Source of the DNA: Ruminococcus sp. Phil15
GTDB taxonomy: Bacteria; Bacillota; Clostridia; Oscillospirales; Ruminococcaceae
Reading direction: 5' to 3'
Assembly (NCBI GenBank): GCA_001940995.1
Contig: MSHC01000001.1
Span: 61,028 to 125,027, forward strand
Length of the DNA stretch: 64,000 nt
In this document: piece by piece, positions 34,474 to 43,162 of the stretch
Layout of the letters: the number at the start of each line of letters is the position of its first letter
Numbering within the stretch: the stretch's first letter is position 1
Position numbers and translations under genes: made by a program
Notes under the pieces: generated by a model
Told to the model about the DNA's origin: nothing
Seen by the model: only the letters and a program-made list of their open reading frames with translations
Database searches by the model: none

Positions 34474-35484
34474 TCAGATGTTTTCAAGACTCAGCGTTGC
34501 AATGCCGTTTAAGCTCTCGTCGGCACGCTTTCCGGCAAGATAATCGTAGTAGCCCTGACAGCCTATCATAGCCGCATTGTCGCCGCAGTATTTAAGCTCA
34601 GGAAGATAGAGCGTAATACCTCTGTCTGCACAAGCCTTCTGCATAGCATCCCTTATTCCGCTGTTTGCCGAAACGCCGCCTGCGACGGACAAAACTTTGT
34701 GTCCCGTCTGTTCGGCGGCAAGCATCGTTTTCTTCACCAGTATGTCGCATACCGTTTTCTGAAACGATGCCGCAATGTCCTCAGGACAGAGCTTTTCGCC
34801 CTTCTGATTTGCATTATGCACAAGATTTATAACAGCCGTTTTAAGCCCCGAGAAGCTGAAATCAAGCTCGCTTCCTGCGACCTTCGGCTGTGGGAAGCGG
34901 TAGGCGTTCGGATTGCCTGCTTTGGCGGCAGCGTCAATGAATTTTCCGCCGGGGTATTCGTAGCCTATAGTTCTTGCAACCTTGTCAAAGCATTCTCCCG
35001 CCGCATCGTCCCTCGTCCTGCCGATGACCCTGTACGTTGTGTAGTCAAGCACCTCTACAATGTGGCTGTGTCCTCCGCTTACGACAAGGCACAGGTAGGG
35101 CGGCTTTAGCTCCGGGTGGGAAATGTAGTTTGCCGCAATGTGTCCTGCAATGTGGTGAACGGGGATAAGAGGCTTGCCCGATGCCATAGAAAGTCCCTTT
35201 GCAAAGCTTATACCCACAAGAAGCGCTCCTATAAGACCCGGCGCATAGGTAACGGCGATAGCGTCAATGTCGGAAAGCTCCATACCGCAGTCGGCAAGCG
35301 CCTTTGAAACAACAGCCGAAATATTCTCGCTGTGTCTGCGTGACGCTATCTCTGGCACAACTCCGCCGTACAGCCTGTGCTCGTCGATCTGCGTCGCAAC
35401 AACGTTTGAAAGCACCCTTGTTCCGTCCTCTACGACAGCGCAGGCTGTTTCGTCGCAGGAGCTTTCAATGCTAAGTATTCTCAT
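34474..35484 (-). CDS. tsaD: tRNA N6-adenosine threonylcarbamoyltransferase
   Basis: MRILSIESSCDETACAVV and HHIAGHI motifs. Confidence 0.9.
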   Translation of the reverse strand: MRILSIESSCDETACAVVEDGTRVLSNVVATQIDEHRLYGGVVPEIASRRHSENISAVVSKALADCGMELSDIDAIAVTYAPGLIGALLVGISFAKGLSMASGKPLIPVHHIAGHIAANYISHPELKPPYLCLVVSGGHSHIVEVLDYTTYRVIGRTRDDAAGECFDKVARTIGYEYPGGKFIDAAAKAGNPNAYRFPQPKVAGSELDFSFSGLKTAVINLVHNANQKGEKLCPEDIAASFQKTVCDILVKKTMLAAEQTGHKVLSVAGGVSANSGIRDAMQKACADRGITLYLPELKYCGDNAAMIGCQGYYDYLAGKRADESLNGIATLSLENI

Positions 35485-35504
35485 AAAATCATATCCTTTG
35501 ACCT

Positions 35505-35945
35505 TTATTTTAATAGCTTTGTCATAAGCGAGGCGTTCTCTGTCGGCTCTCTGTAAAAATCACGGCGCACCCCAACTTTGACGTACCCAAGCTTTTTGTA
35601 CAGAGAAATAGCGACACTATTGCTCTCCCTTACCTCTAAGGTTATAAACTCCGCATTTTCGGTGCAGGCGTTTTGCAGTCCCTCCATTAACGCAGTTCCC
35701 ATACCCATTTTTCTGTATTGCGGCAAAATCGCAATGTTGTTTATGTAGCACTCTCCGCAGATCTCCCTCATATCCGCAAAGCCCGCTATCTCGCCGTTTG
35801 CCTCGGAAACGAGTATTGTCGCCTGCGGATTTTTAAGCTCTGACAAGAACGACTGCTCGCTCCACGGCTCGGTAAAGGTCATTGCCTCGATTTTGGCTAC
35901 CTGTGCGATATCTTCCTCACGCATTTTTCTTACTACAAAATCCAT
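35505..35945 (-). CDS. rimI: ribosomal-protein-alanine N-acetyltransferase (GNAT)
   Basis: 146-aa GNAT protein adjacent to tsaD, with QYRKMGMGTALM. Confidence 0.75.
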   Translation of the reverse strand: MDFVVRKMREEDIAQVAKIEAMTFTEPWSEQSFLSELKNPQATILVSEANGEIAGFADMREICGECYINNIAILPQYRKMGMGTALMEGLQNACTENAEFITLEVRESNSVAISLYKKLGYVKVGVRRDFYREPTENASLMTKLLK

Positions 35946-35947
35946 AG

Positions 35948-36775
35948 CTATTCACCGGCTTCCAGAAGCGCAGAGTAGATGTCGCCCTTTGAAAAGCCCG
36001 TAGACTTTGCTATCTGCTTTGCTGCGTCCGCCTTTCTCATACCCTTTGTTACAAGCTCGGTGGCCCGCTTTACGGCGTCCTCTAAGGTTTCTGTTTGCTC
36101 CGTTTCGGTGTTGCCCTCAACGATAAGCACATATTCGCCCCTTGGAGAAAGCTCTGCGTAGTATTCAATTGCTTCCTCGATAGTCATTCTCAGAACCTGT
36201 TCGTGAATTTTAGTGATCTCCCTGCAAAGAGATATTCTGCGGTTGCCGAAATATTTAAGCATATCCGAAAGCGTGTCGCACAGCTTGTGCGGCGCTTCGT
36301 AGAAAATAAGAGTGTCGGGAATTTTCGACGCTTCCTCAAGCTGTTCGTAGCGTGAACGCTTGTGTACCGAAAGAAATCCCTGAAACGAAAACCTCGCCGT
36401 CGGAAGTCCACTTATCGCAAGCGCTGAAACCGCCGCACTCGGACCGGGTACAGCAACGACCTCTACCCCGTGGTCGGCGCAGTATCTTACGAGGTCCTCT
36501 CCGGGGTCTGAAATGCACGGCATACCGGCGTCTGTCACGATTGCGCAGTCCTCGCCGTTTAGTATCCTCGCCGTTATTACGTCACAGCTTGGCTTCTTGT
36601 TATGCTCGTGATGGCTCACAAGCGGCTTCTTTATCCCTAGGTAGTTCAAAAGCTTCGCCGTAACTCTCGTGTCCTCAGCACAGACAAAATCTACCGCTTT
36701 GAGCGTTTCAACCGCCCTGTATGTGATGTCGCCGAGATTTCCTATCGGCGTTCCGACAACATAAAGCTTTGCCAT
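35948..36775 (-). CDS. rsmI: 16S rRNA (cytidine1402-2'-O)-methyltransferase
   Basis: MAKLYVVGTPIGNLGDITYRAVETLK...CAEDTR. Confidence 0.9.
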   Translation of the reverse strand: MAKLYVVGTPIGNLGDITYRAVETLKAVDFVCAEDTRVTAKLLNYLGIKKPLVSHHEHNKKPSCDVITARILNGEDCAIVTDAGMPCISDPGEDLVRYCADHGVEVVAVPGPSAAVSALAISGLPTARFSFQGFLSVHKRSRYEQLEEASKIPDTLIFYEAPHKLCDTLSDMLKYFGNRRISLCREITKIHEQVLRMTIEEAIEYYAELSPRGEYVLIVEGNTETEQTETLEDAVKRATELVTKGMRKADAAKQIAKSTGFSKGDIYSALLEAGE

Positions 36776-36789
36776 TTTTGATACCTCCG

Positions 36790-37779
36790 TCAGTCGTTTG
36801 CCCTGTGTTTTCTTACTATGTCCTCTGCAAGCGACTGCAATACGTCATATTTCACAAGCGTAGAACAGCTGTTCCTTATAGCGGACGAATTCGGCAAGCC
36901 CTTGACGTACCATATAACGTGCTTCCTTGCCTCTCTCATTCCATGCTCCTCGCCAAGCTCGTCGCACAGCATTTTAGCGTGCAGGAGCATAATTTCCATT
37001 CTCTTTTCTATTGTTGGCTCAGGGATTATCTCGCCCGTGTCAAAGTACCTGCGTACCTGCTCGAATACCCAAGGCCTGCCATAACTGCCCCTGCCTATCA
37101 TAACAAGGTCGCAGCCCGTTTCCCTGTACATTTTCTCGCACTCTAGAGCCGTGCGCACGTCGCCGTTTCCGATAACGGCGCAGCCAACTGCTTTTTTTAC
37201 CTGCCTTATTATATTCCAGTCGGCGTTTCCGCTGTAAAACTGCTTTCTTGTCCTTGCGTGTACAGCGATTGCCGAAACGCCTGCCGCTTCAAGTCCCTGC
37301 GCAAAAGGCACAGCGTTTATGCTGTCCTCGTCCCAGCCGCTTCTGATTTTCGCTGTGACAGGGCAGGAGACGTTTTCCACGACCGCCCTCGCAATTTTAA
37401 ATGCCCTGTCGGGGTCTTTCATTAATGCGCTCCCGCTCTGATTGTTTACGACCTTAGGCACGGGACAGCCCATATTGATGTCGATAATGTCAGGCTCAAA
37501 GCGTGAGATGAGCGAAGCCGCCCTGCCCATAAATTCAGGGTCTTCGCCGAAAAGCTGTATCGCCATAGGTCTTTCATACGCAGTAATACTGCACAGTGTG
37601 TCGGTCTTTTTGTCGCCGTAGCAAAGACCCTTCGACGACACCATCTCGCTCACAAGGTATGAAGCGCCGTTTCGCTTGCAAAGAGTCCTGTAAACCCTGT
37701 CTGCGACAGACGCCATAGGTGCGAGAGCCGCAGTCTTTTCTATTTTAACGTTTCCGATGTATATTGTTTCGATAGCCAT
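36790..37779 (-). CDS. dusB: tRNA dihydrouridine synthase
   Basis: LAPMASVADRVYR, INMGCP and the TIM-barrel Dus pattern. The start is taken at M23 of the track ORF (GGTGA upstream). Confidence 0.8.
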   Translation of the reverse strand: MAIETIYIGNVKIEKTAALAPMASVADRVYRTLCKRNGASYLVSEMVSSKGLCYGDKKTDTLCSITAYERPMAIQLFGEDPEFMGRAASLISRFEPDIIDINMGCPVPKVVNNQSGSALMKDPDRAFKIARAVVENVSCPVTAKIRSGWDEDSINAVPFAQGLEAAGVSAIAVHARTRKQFYSGNADWNIIRQVKKAVGCAVIGNGDVRTALECEKMYRETGCDLVMIGRGSYGRPWVFEQVRRYFDTGEIIPEPTIEKRMEIMLLHAKMLCDELGEEHGMREARKHVIWYVKGLPNSSAIRNSCSTLVKYDVLQSLAEDIVRKHRAND

Positions 37780-37890
37780 AGCTTCACCGTTCTGAGAATT
37801 TTTGTCATACAAATCCATTATAGCAGATTTTTGCAAAACAAGCAATACTGCCTGCCGAAAAGCTCCAAAAAGATTGACATAAGTATCCCG

Positions 37891-38649
37891 TTATCCTGCC
37901 ATAACTCCGAGCAGAATAAATTTCTTTCCGCTCTCGGACTTCGGCAGGGATATGCGTATCTTTCTCTTCCTTTTTTCGCTGTAGCAGAAAAGCTCCTGCA
38001 CGACAGGGTTTCCCCAGCCGAAAATGCTGTACCCCTGAAGCGGCGTTACCTCTTTTCCGTCTGTTTCCGCAACAGCCGTGCCCAAAGTCTTGTCGTTGCT
38101 GATTACAAAAATTGCCGCCGAAAACGAGCATTCTTCCGTCAGCTCCAAAAACGAGCCTGCGCCGTCTGCAACATAGCTTTTCGGAAAGCAGAAATATCCC
38201 TTGTCCGTTTCTGTGAAATTTGTTTTGAAGCCGCCGCACAGACGTGCGTTCCGATATGTTTCTGACTGCGGAAACTGAGGAGAGGGCAGTTCTGTATCTG
38301 CTTGCGGCGTATGCATGATTTGCTCTATCGCACATATCGCAATATCTGCAATCGGCACAGCCCCCTCCTTTATCGGGTGTCCCTCGTCGCAGGAATATTC
38401 CGACCAGTCGAGCCCGCCGCCGAAAAGTGGATAGATTTTTTCCTTGAGATCTGCGCACAAAAGTCCGTACCTGCCGCACAAACCCCTAACAAGCTCGGAG
38501 CAGGAGTAGCCGTCCTTCGAGCATACGCAAATAGGTATCAAAACAGGCTTGCCCGGGAGGGAGAGAAGCTTGCGGATAAGCCCCTCAAAATATGCTGCCC
38601 CCTTGCGTGAATGCACAAGGTTAATAAAGAAGCAGAGCACAAAATACAT
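37891..38649 (-). CDS. SGNH/GDSL-hydrolase-like protein apparently lacking the N-terminal catalytic Ser block (possible 5'-truncated remnant)
   Basis: A block V-like DEGHP motif is present, but there is no GDS(L) block. The reading frame stays open upstream of the first Met, running into AT-rich sequence with no start codon. Confidence 0.4.
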   Translation of the reverse strand: MYFVLCFFINLVHSRKGAAYFEGLIRKLLSLPGKPVLIPICVCSKDGYSCSELVRGLCGRYGLLCADLKEKIYPLFGGGLDWSEYSCDEGHPIKEGAVPIADIAICAIEQIMHTPQADTELPSPQFPQSETYRNARLCGGFKTNFTETDKGYFCFPKSYVADGAGSFLELTEECSFSAAIFVISNDKTLGTAVAETDGKEVTPLQGYSIFGWGNPVVQELFCYSEKRKRKIRISLPKSESGKKFILLGVMAG

Positions 38650-38779
38650 ACAAAGACAGCCACCCCCCGCCGCTATTCCGTACAGTGAGTGAGGAAAAAT
38701 GTAGAAAATTTCATATTTGTATGATAAAATAAGATGAAGTTGGAAAATGAAAAATTGAAAGTTGTGGAGATGTCCCGAT

Positions 38780-39367
38780 ATGAATACACCAATGTTAAAA
38801 ACAGAAAGACTGATTTTAAGAAAATTTACAGAAAATGATATAGAGGCTCTTTTTTTGATTCTGAAAGATGAAGATGTTAATACCTTTCTCCCGTGGTTTC
38901 CTCTAAAAAACCTTAAAGAAACAAGGAGATTCTACGAAGAAAGATACGCCGCAAAATACGCACAGGAACAGGCATACGCTTATGCCATTTGTCTGAAAAA
39001 GGATAACTACCCTATTGGATACATAAAGGTTGATATGGAAGAACATTATGATTTTGGCTATGGACTATGTAAAGAGTTCTGGCATAGAGGGATTGCTTCC
39101 GAAGCAGGTAAAGCTGTAATTGAACAAGTGAAAAAAGATGGATTACCATACATTACAGCTACACATGATATAAACAATCCAAAAAGCGGTAATGTAATGC
39201 GAACTTGTGGTATGAAATATCAATATTCCTATGTAGAACAATGGCAGCCCAAAGATTTCCCCGTTACATTTAGAATGTATCAGCTGAATTTTAATACGGA
39301 CGACAACTTTGTGTATAACAAATATTGGAATATGTACCCCAATCATTTTATTGAGAAGCTTGATTAA
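38780..39367 (+). CDS. GNAT family N-acetyltransferase (RimJ/RimL-like)
   Basis: MLKTERLILRKFTENDIEALF...FWHRGIASEAGKAVI. The gene is visibly more AT-rich than its neighbours. Confidence 0.7.
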   Translation: MNTPMLKTERLILRKFTENDIEALFLILKDEDVNTFLPWFPLKNLKETRRFYEERYAAKYAQEQAYAYAICLKKDNYPIGYIKVDMEEHYDFGYGLCKEFWHRGIASEAGKAVIEQVKKDGLPYITATHDINNPKSGNVMRTCGMKYQYSYVEQWQPKDFPVTFRMYQLNFNTDDNFVYNKYWNMYPNHFIEKLD

Positions 39368-39423
39368 ATTTCCATTGTCAAGGAGTTGAATCGAGCGAAA
39401 AATCAAGAATCGGAGGATTGAAT

Positions 39424-40017
39424 ATGAATATATTACTTATTTCTGGAAGCCCCAGAAAAAACGGAAATACCAATGCAATTGTTCAGAAAGTATCTGAAAA
39501 GCTAACGGTAGCCCATAATGTGAAAGTCTGTCGTATCTCGGACTATCAGATTAACGGATGCCTGGGCTGCAATCACTGCCAGAGCGTTCTGGATGAACCT
39601 GGATGCGTGCAAAAAGATGATGTGACCCGTCTGTTGGGCGAGGTCATGGACGCTGATGTAGTGCTTTATGGAACGCCGCTGTACGGACACTCTTATTCGG
39701 AACAGCTAAAGCTCCTGATGGATCGTCATGTAGCATTGTTCAAATTTGTGGACGGTGCAGACAAGGCTGTGGACGAAATGAAAATTAAGTCTTTCATTGA
39801 GAAGAAACCAGTGGCATTGATTGTTTCTTGTCAGGGACCAGAGGAAAATAATACTGAATTGGTTCAAATGCAGTTTAGCAGATTTTGCGAATCTTCTTTG
39901 ACATACTGTATGGGGACATACATTTTCCCATGGTGTTCGCCCAATGTGACAGACAGCCAATTTTCTGAAAAAACACTAAATCAACTTGTTTGTGATATAG
40001 AAGCGTTGGAAAAGTAA
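39424..40017 (+). CDS. flavodoxin-like NAD(P)H-dependent FMN reductase / iron-sulfur flavoprotein family
   Basis: ILLISGSPRKNGNT and the CLGCNHC motif. ATG lies 6 nt after GGAGGA. Confidence 0.7.
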   Translation: MNILLISGSPRKNGNTNAIVQKVSEKLTVAHNVKVCRISDYQINGCLGCNHCQSVLDEPGCVQKDDVTRLLGEVMDADVVLYGTPLYGHSYSEQLKLLMDRHVALFKFVDGADKAVDEMKIKSFIEKKPVALIVSCQGPEENNTELVQMQFSRFCESSLTYCMGTYIFPWCSPNVTDSQFSEKTLNQLVCDIEALEK

Positions 40018-40280
40018 TTATAACGGCTTCAGAATGCCAACTTTCTATTTGTCGTAGAGATAGCAAACCCCGCCGAGCCAGTCAACGGCAAGTGAATGGA
40101 CTTCGCCCACCGTTGACAGCCCCGCCTGTCTTTGCTGATAGGCAATCAAGAGGACGATAGCCTAAAGTGCTGCTACCCTCTTTTATTAGCTACAACTGAA
40201 TACCCGCCGCCATCACAGCGGCACACCGAGCAGTAAATCTGAAAAGATTTGCTGCTTTGTTGCGCTCATTTTTGGCATTT

Positions 40281-40822
40281 TTAGAAGTTGCCTGTATTAA
40301 AGCACACAAAGGAGATGGAAAAAATTTCATTTCCCATTTGGCAAATCCGAAAGCTGTCCGTGGAGGGGGAAAGAGAAAATTTGCTCTTTTGTTTGGCAGT
40401 TTCCATCTTTACGGTGGTGTGGGGAGTGAAAGGAAATACTATGAAAACCGCTCTGCTAAGTTGGCAAAATCCCCGCCTCCGTCCGTCACAACAAATGAAA
40501 GTTCCGACAGCTCTGACGCCTTTATAGATTCCGCAGTTATAAACCTGCAACTGCGGTTTTTTATGTCGGAAGCCGTCAGCATACTGCCGCTGTGTCCGTC
40601 ATTGAACGGGTGTCCCTCTGCGACAGCCAGAATAAGCGTTTCCTTTGCGGGCGCTTCGGTCTGGTACAGCTTCAGGTCAAAGCTGCCCGTGCCGAGCTTT
40701 TTCTCAATCGCCATAATGCTCTGGCTGAGCGACGGCTGTGTGACATAAAGCTTCTGCGCCGCCTTTGAAAAGCTCCTCTCCTGCGCAACGGCAAGAACGT
40801 AATCAATCTGCTGTTCCGTCAT
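40281..40822 (-). pseudogene. decayed LysR-family regulator (intact HTH, internal deletion, frameshift)
   Basis: MTEQQIDYVLAVAQERSFSKAAQKLYVTQPSLSQSIMAIEKKLG is a LysR HTH. It joins directly to mid-effector-domain-like sequence (FDLKL...LILAVAEGHPF) and stops after 127 aa. Effector-domain-like sequence continues in another frame. Confidence 0.55.
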
Positions 40823-40945
40823 TAGTCCTGCCTCCCTTTGTGCTATTGATTTTAACTTATAATAATTATTATAATATAACTACTTGCTTATTTCGATACG
40901 GTGTGCTACAATTGTAGTGAAATAAAAATTGCGGAGGTAATCTGT

Positions 40946-42187
40946 ATGAAGCTTAAAAGAATTTTGGCGGTTTTGTCCGCTGTTTCTGTTTCAGTTACAA
41001 TGCTTTGCAGCTGCGGAAGCGACGATTCGTCAAAGTCCGACCCGAACGGCTCAGCTGCGGCGGACAGCGTGACTGACAGCGTGGCTGACGAAACAAGCTC
41101 TAAGGAGGAAGAAAATTTGGAAAACGTATATAAGCTCACTTCTGAAAATGTAAAGCTGGTCGGCAGAACCTGGTATAACGAGGACGCATTATGGCTCGCA
41201 CTTTCGGGAGCAGGCGCAGAATTTAAGTACACGGGCAAGAAGCTCGACATTACGATCGTAGGCGACGGCGTCGCTTCATCGGGAAATGCCGACAACCAGG
41301 CAAGGGTCGCTGTCTATGTTGACGGTGAAAGGGTCGTTGACGAGATGATAGACGCCCCCGAAAAGACCTTTACCGCATTTGAAAGCGCCGAGGCAAAGAC
41401 GGTAGACGTTAAGATAATAAAGCTTTCCGAGTGTGCAATGTCCACCTGCGGTATCAAGGATATACAGGTTGCAGAGGGAGAAACGATTACCCCTGCCGAG
41501 AAAAAAGCGCACACGATAGAGTTTATCGGCGATTCTATTACCTGCGGCTACGGCGTAGATGACGAGGTAAAGGAAAATCACTTCTCGACTAAGACTGAGG
41601 ACGTTACTAAAGCGTACGCTTATAAGACGGCACAGCTCCTTAACGCTGATTACAGTATGTTCTCTACAAGCGGCTACGGAATCATCTCCGGCTATACAAC
41701 AGGCAGTACGCCCGTCAAGGAACAGACTATTCCTCAGTATTACGAGAGCCTCGGCTTCTCCTACGGCGCATTTGAAGGATCTACAACTCCGCACTCGCTC
41801 GAATGGGATTTCTCAAGCTATCAGCCTGAGGTTATTGTAATCAATTTAGGTACAAACGACGCAAGCTATTGCAGCGCATATTCCGACAGAAGAAATGAAT
41901 ATAAGGACGGTTACGTTGCATTTCTAAAGAAAATCAGAGAGAATAACCCCGACGCTGTGATTTTCTGTACTTTAGGCACAATGGACAACAGGCTTTGCGA
42001 AAAGATGATAGAGGCTGCCGCACAGTACACAGAAGAAACAGGCGACAGCAATATACACTATATGCTCTTTGACCTCCAGAACGGCGCAGTTGACGGCTAT
42101 GCCGCAGACTGGCACCCGACAGAGGCAACACACGAAAAATCCGCCCAAAAGCTTGCCGATGAGATCAAGACGGTAATGGGCTGGTAA
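40946..42187 (+). CDS. lipoprotein carbohydrate esterase, CE2-like (N-terminal beta-sandwich plus SGNH domain)
   Basis: ATG at 40946 follows GGAGG. Lipobox MLCSC. Motifs GDSITCGYG, INLGTNDAS and DWHPTEATH. Confidence 0.75.
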   Translation: MKLKRILAVLSAVSVSVTMLCSCGSDDSSKSDPNGSAAADSVTDSVADETSSKEEENLENVYKLTSENVKLVGRTWYNEDALWLALSGAGAEFKYTGKKLDITIVGDGVASSGNADNQARVAVYVDGERVVDEMIDAPEKTFTAFESAEAKTVDVKIIKLSECAMSTCGIKDIQVAEGETITPAEKKAHTIEFIGDSITCGYGVDDEVKENHFSTKTEDVTKAYAYKTAQLLNADYSMFSTSGYGIISGYTTGSTPVKEQTIPQYYESLGFSYGAFEGSTTPHSLEWDFSSYQPEVIVINLGTNDASYCSAYSDRRNEYKDGYVAFLKKIRENNPDAVIFCTLGTMDNRLCEKMIEAAAQYTEETGDSNIHYMLFDLQNGAVDGYAADWHPTEATHEKSAQKLADEIKTVMGW

Positions 42188-42202
42188 ATCGAGGTAATCT
42201 AT

Positions 42203-43048
42203 ATGAATCTCAAGAAGATATTGCTTGTATTGCTTAGCGGAGGTATTCTTATGACAACAGCCTGCTCATCTTCCGACAGTTCCTCTGTAAAGGACGGTAC
42301 TGTTTCGGAAGCTGAAACAACAACCACAACTACTGCGCCTGTTTCCTCAGAGCCTGAGAAAACGGCCACGACCTCTTTTGCATTCACAGAGCCCGAGCTT
42401 CGTGAGCCAAGCGAGTACGGAAAGGTAATCGCAATCACATTCGACGACGGACCAAACACCTCCACGACAATGCAGGTTCTGGATCTTCTGGAGGAGTATG
42501 GTGCAAGAGCGTCCTTCTTCCTTATAGGCAATAATATCACAGAGCCTACCCACGAGGTCATGAGAAGAATGGTGACGCTGGGCTGCGAGATCAACAGCCA
42601 TTCTCTTACACATTCTTATATGAATGTCATGAGCGCAGAGGAAATCACCGCCGAGATGGACGCAACTGCAAAGCTTATCAAGGACGTTATCGGTATCGAA
42701 CCTAAGTTTTTCAGACCGCCGTACATTGCAGTAAATCCTAAGATGTACGAAACAATAGACATTCCGTTTATCAACGGCTACGGCTGTAACGACTGGGACA
42801 GCAAGGTCACGACCGAAGAGCGTGTCGAAAAGGTTCTTTCACAGGCAAAGGACGGCGCAATCATTCTCCTGCACGACTCTCAGGGAAACACCCAGACGGT
42901 AGAGGCGTTAAAGGAAATCATTCCGGCGCTTCAGAAAGACGGATACGAGCTTGTAACGCTTACAGAGCTTTTCCATGCAAAGGGCGTTGACCCGTCCCTC
43001 GCCGAGTATACGATATTCTCCTTCGCAGAACAGACCGAGAGATGGTAA
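42203..43048 (+). CDS. lipoprotein polysaccharide deacetylase (CE4)
   Basis: Lipobox MTTAC. Motifs TFDDGP, HSLTH, FFRPPY and ILLHD. Confidence 0.8.
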   Translation: MNLKKILLVLLSGGILMTTACSSSDSSSVKDGTVSEAETTTTTTAPVSSEPEKTATTSFAFTEPELREPSEYGKVIAITFDDGPNTSTTMQVLDLLEEYGARASFFLIGNNITEPTHEVMRRMVTLGCEINSHSLTHSYMNVMSAEEITAEMDATAKLIKDVIGIEPKFFRPPYIAVNPKMYETIDIPFINGYGCNDWDSKVTTEERVEKVLSQAKDGAIILLHDSQGNTQTVEALKEIIPALQKDGYELVTLTELFHAKGVDPSLAEYTIFSFAEQTERW

Positions 43049-43057
43049 TACTTAAAT

Positions 43058-43085
43058 AAGCGCCTGATTTTCGGGTGCTTTTTGT
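43058..43085 (+). terminator. intrinsic terminator
   Basis: Stem AAGCGCCTGA/TCGGGTGCTT (with G-U pairs) followed by TTTTG. Confidence 0.45.
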
Positions 43086-43162
43086 TCTGAAAGCTGTTGA
43101 CATAGCTTAGTTCGCAGTGTTATACTATATTTGAAAGGTTATACTTTAAGGAGGAAAATGGT

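Noticed and set aside
37805-38479. 224-aa Arg/Cys-rich minus-strand ORF and a 144-aa plus-strand ORF overlapping the SGNH-like gene
   Set aside because: They are alternative frames of the same DNA with extreme R/C/G composition and no RBS. The SGNH-like frame carries the recognisable DxxHP block.
40257-40748. 163-aa plus-strand ORF
   Set aside because: It is antisense to the LysR remnant, whose HTH is unmistakable on the minus strand. It has no RBS and a low-complexity composition.
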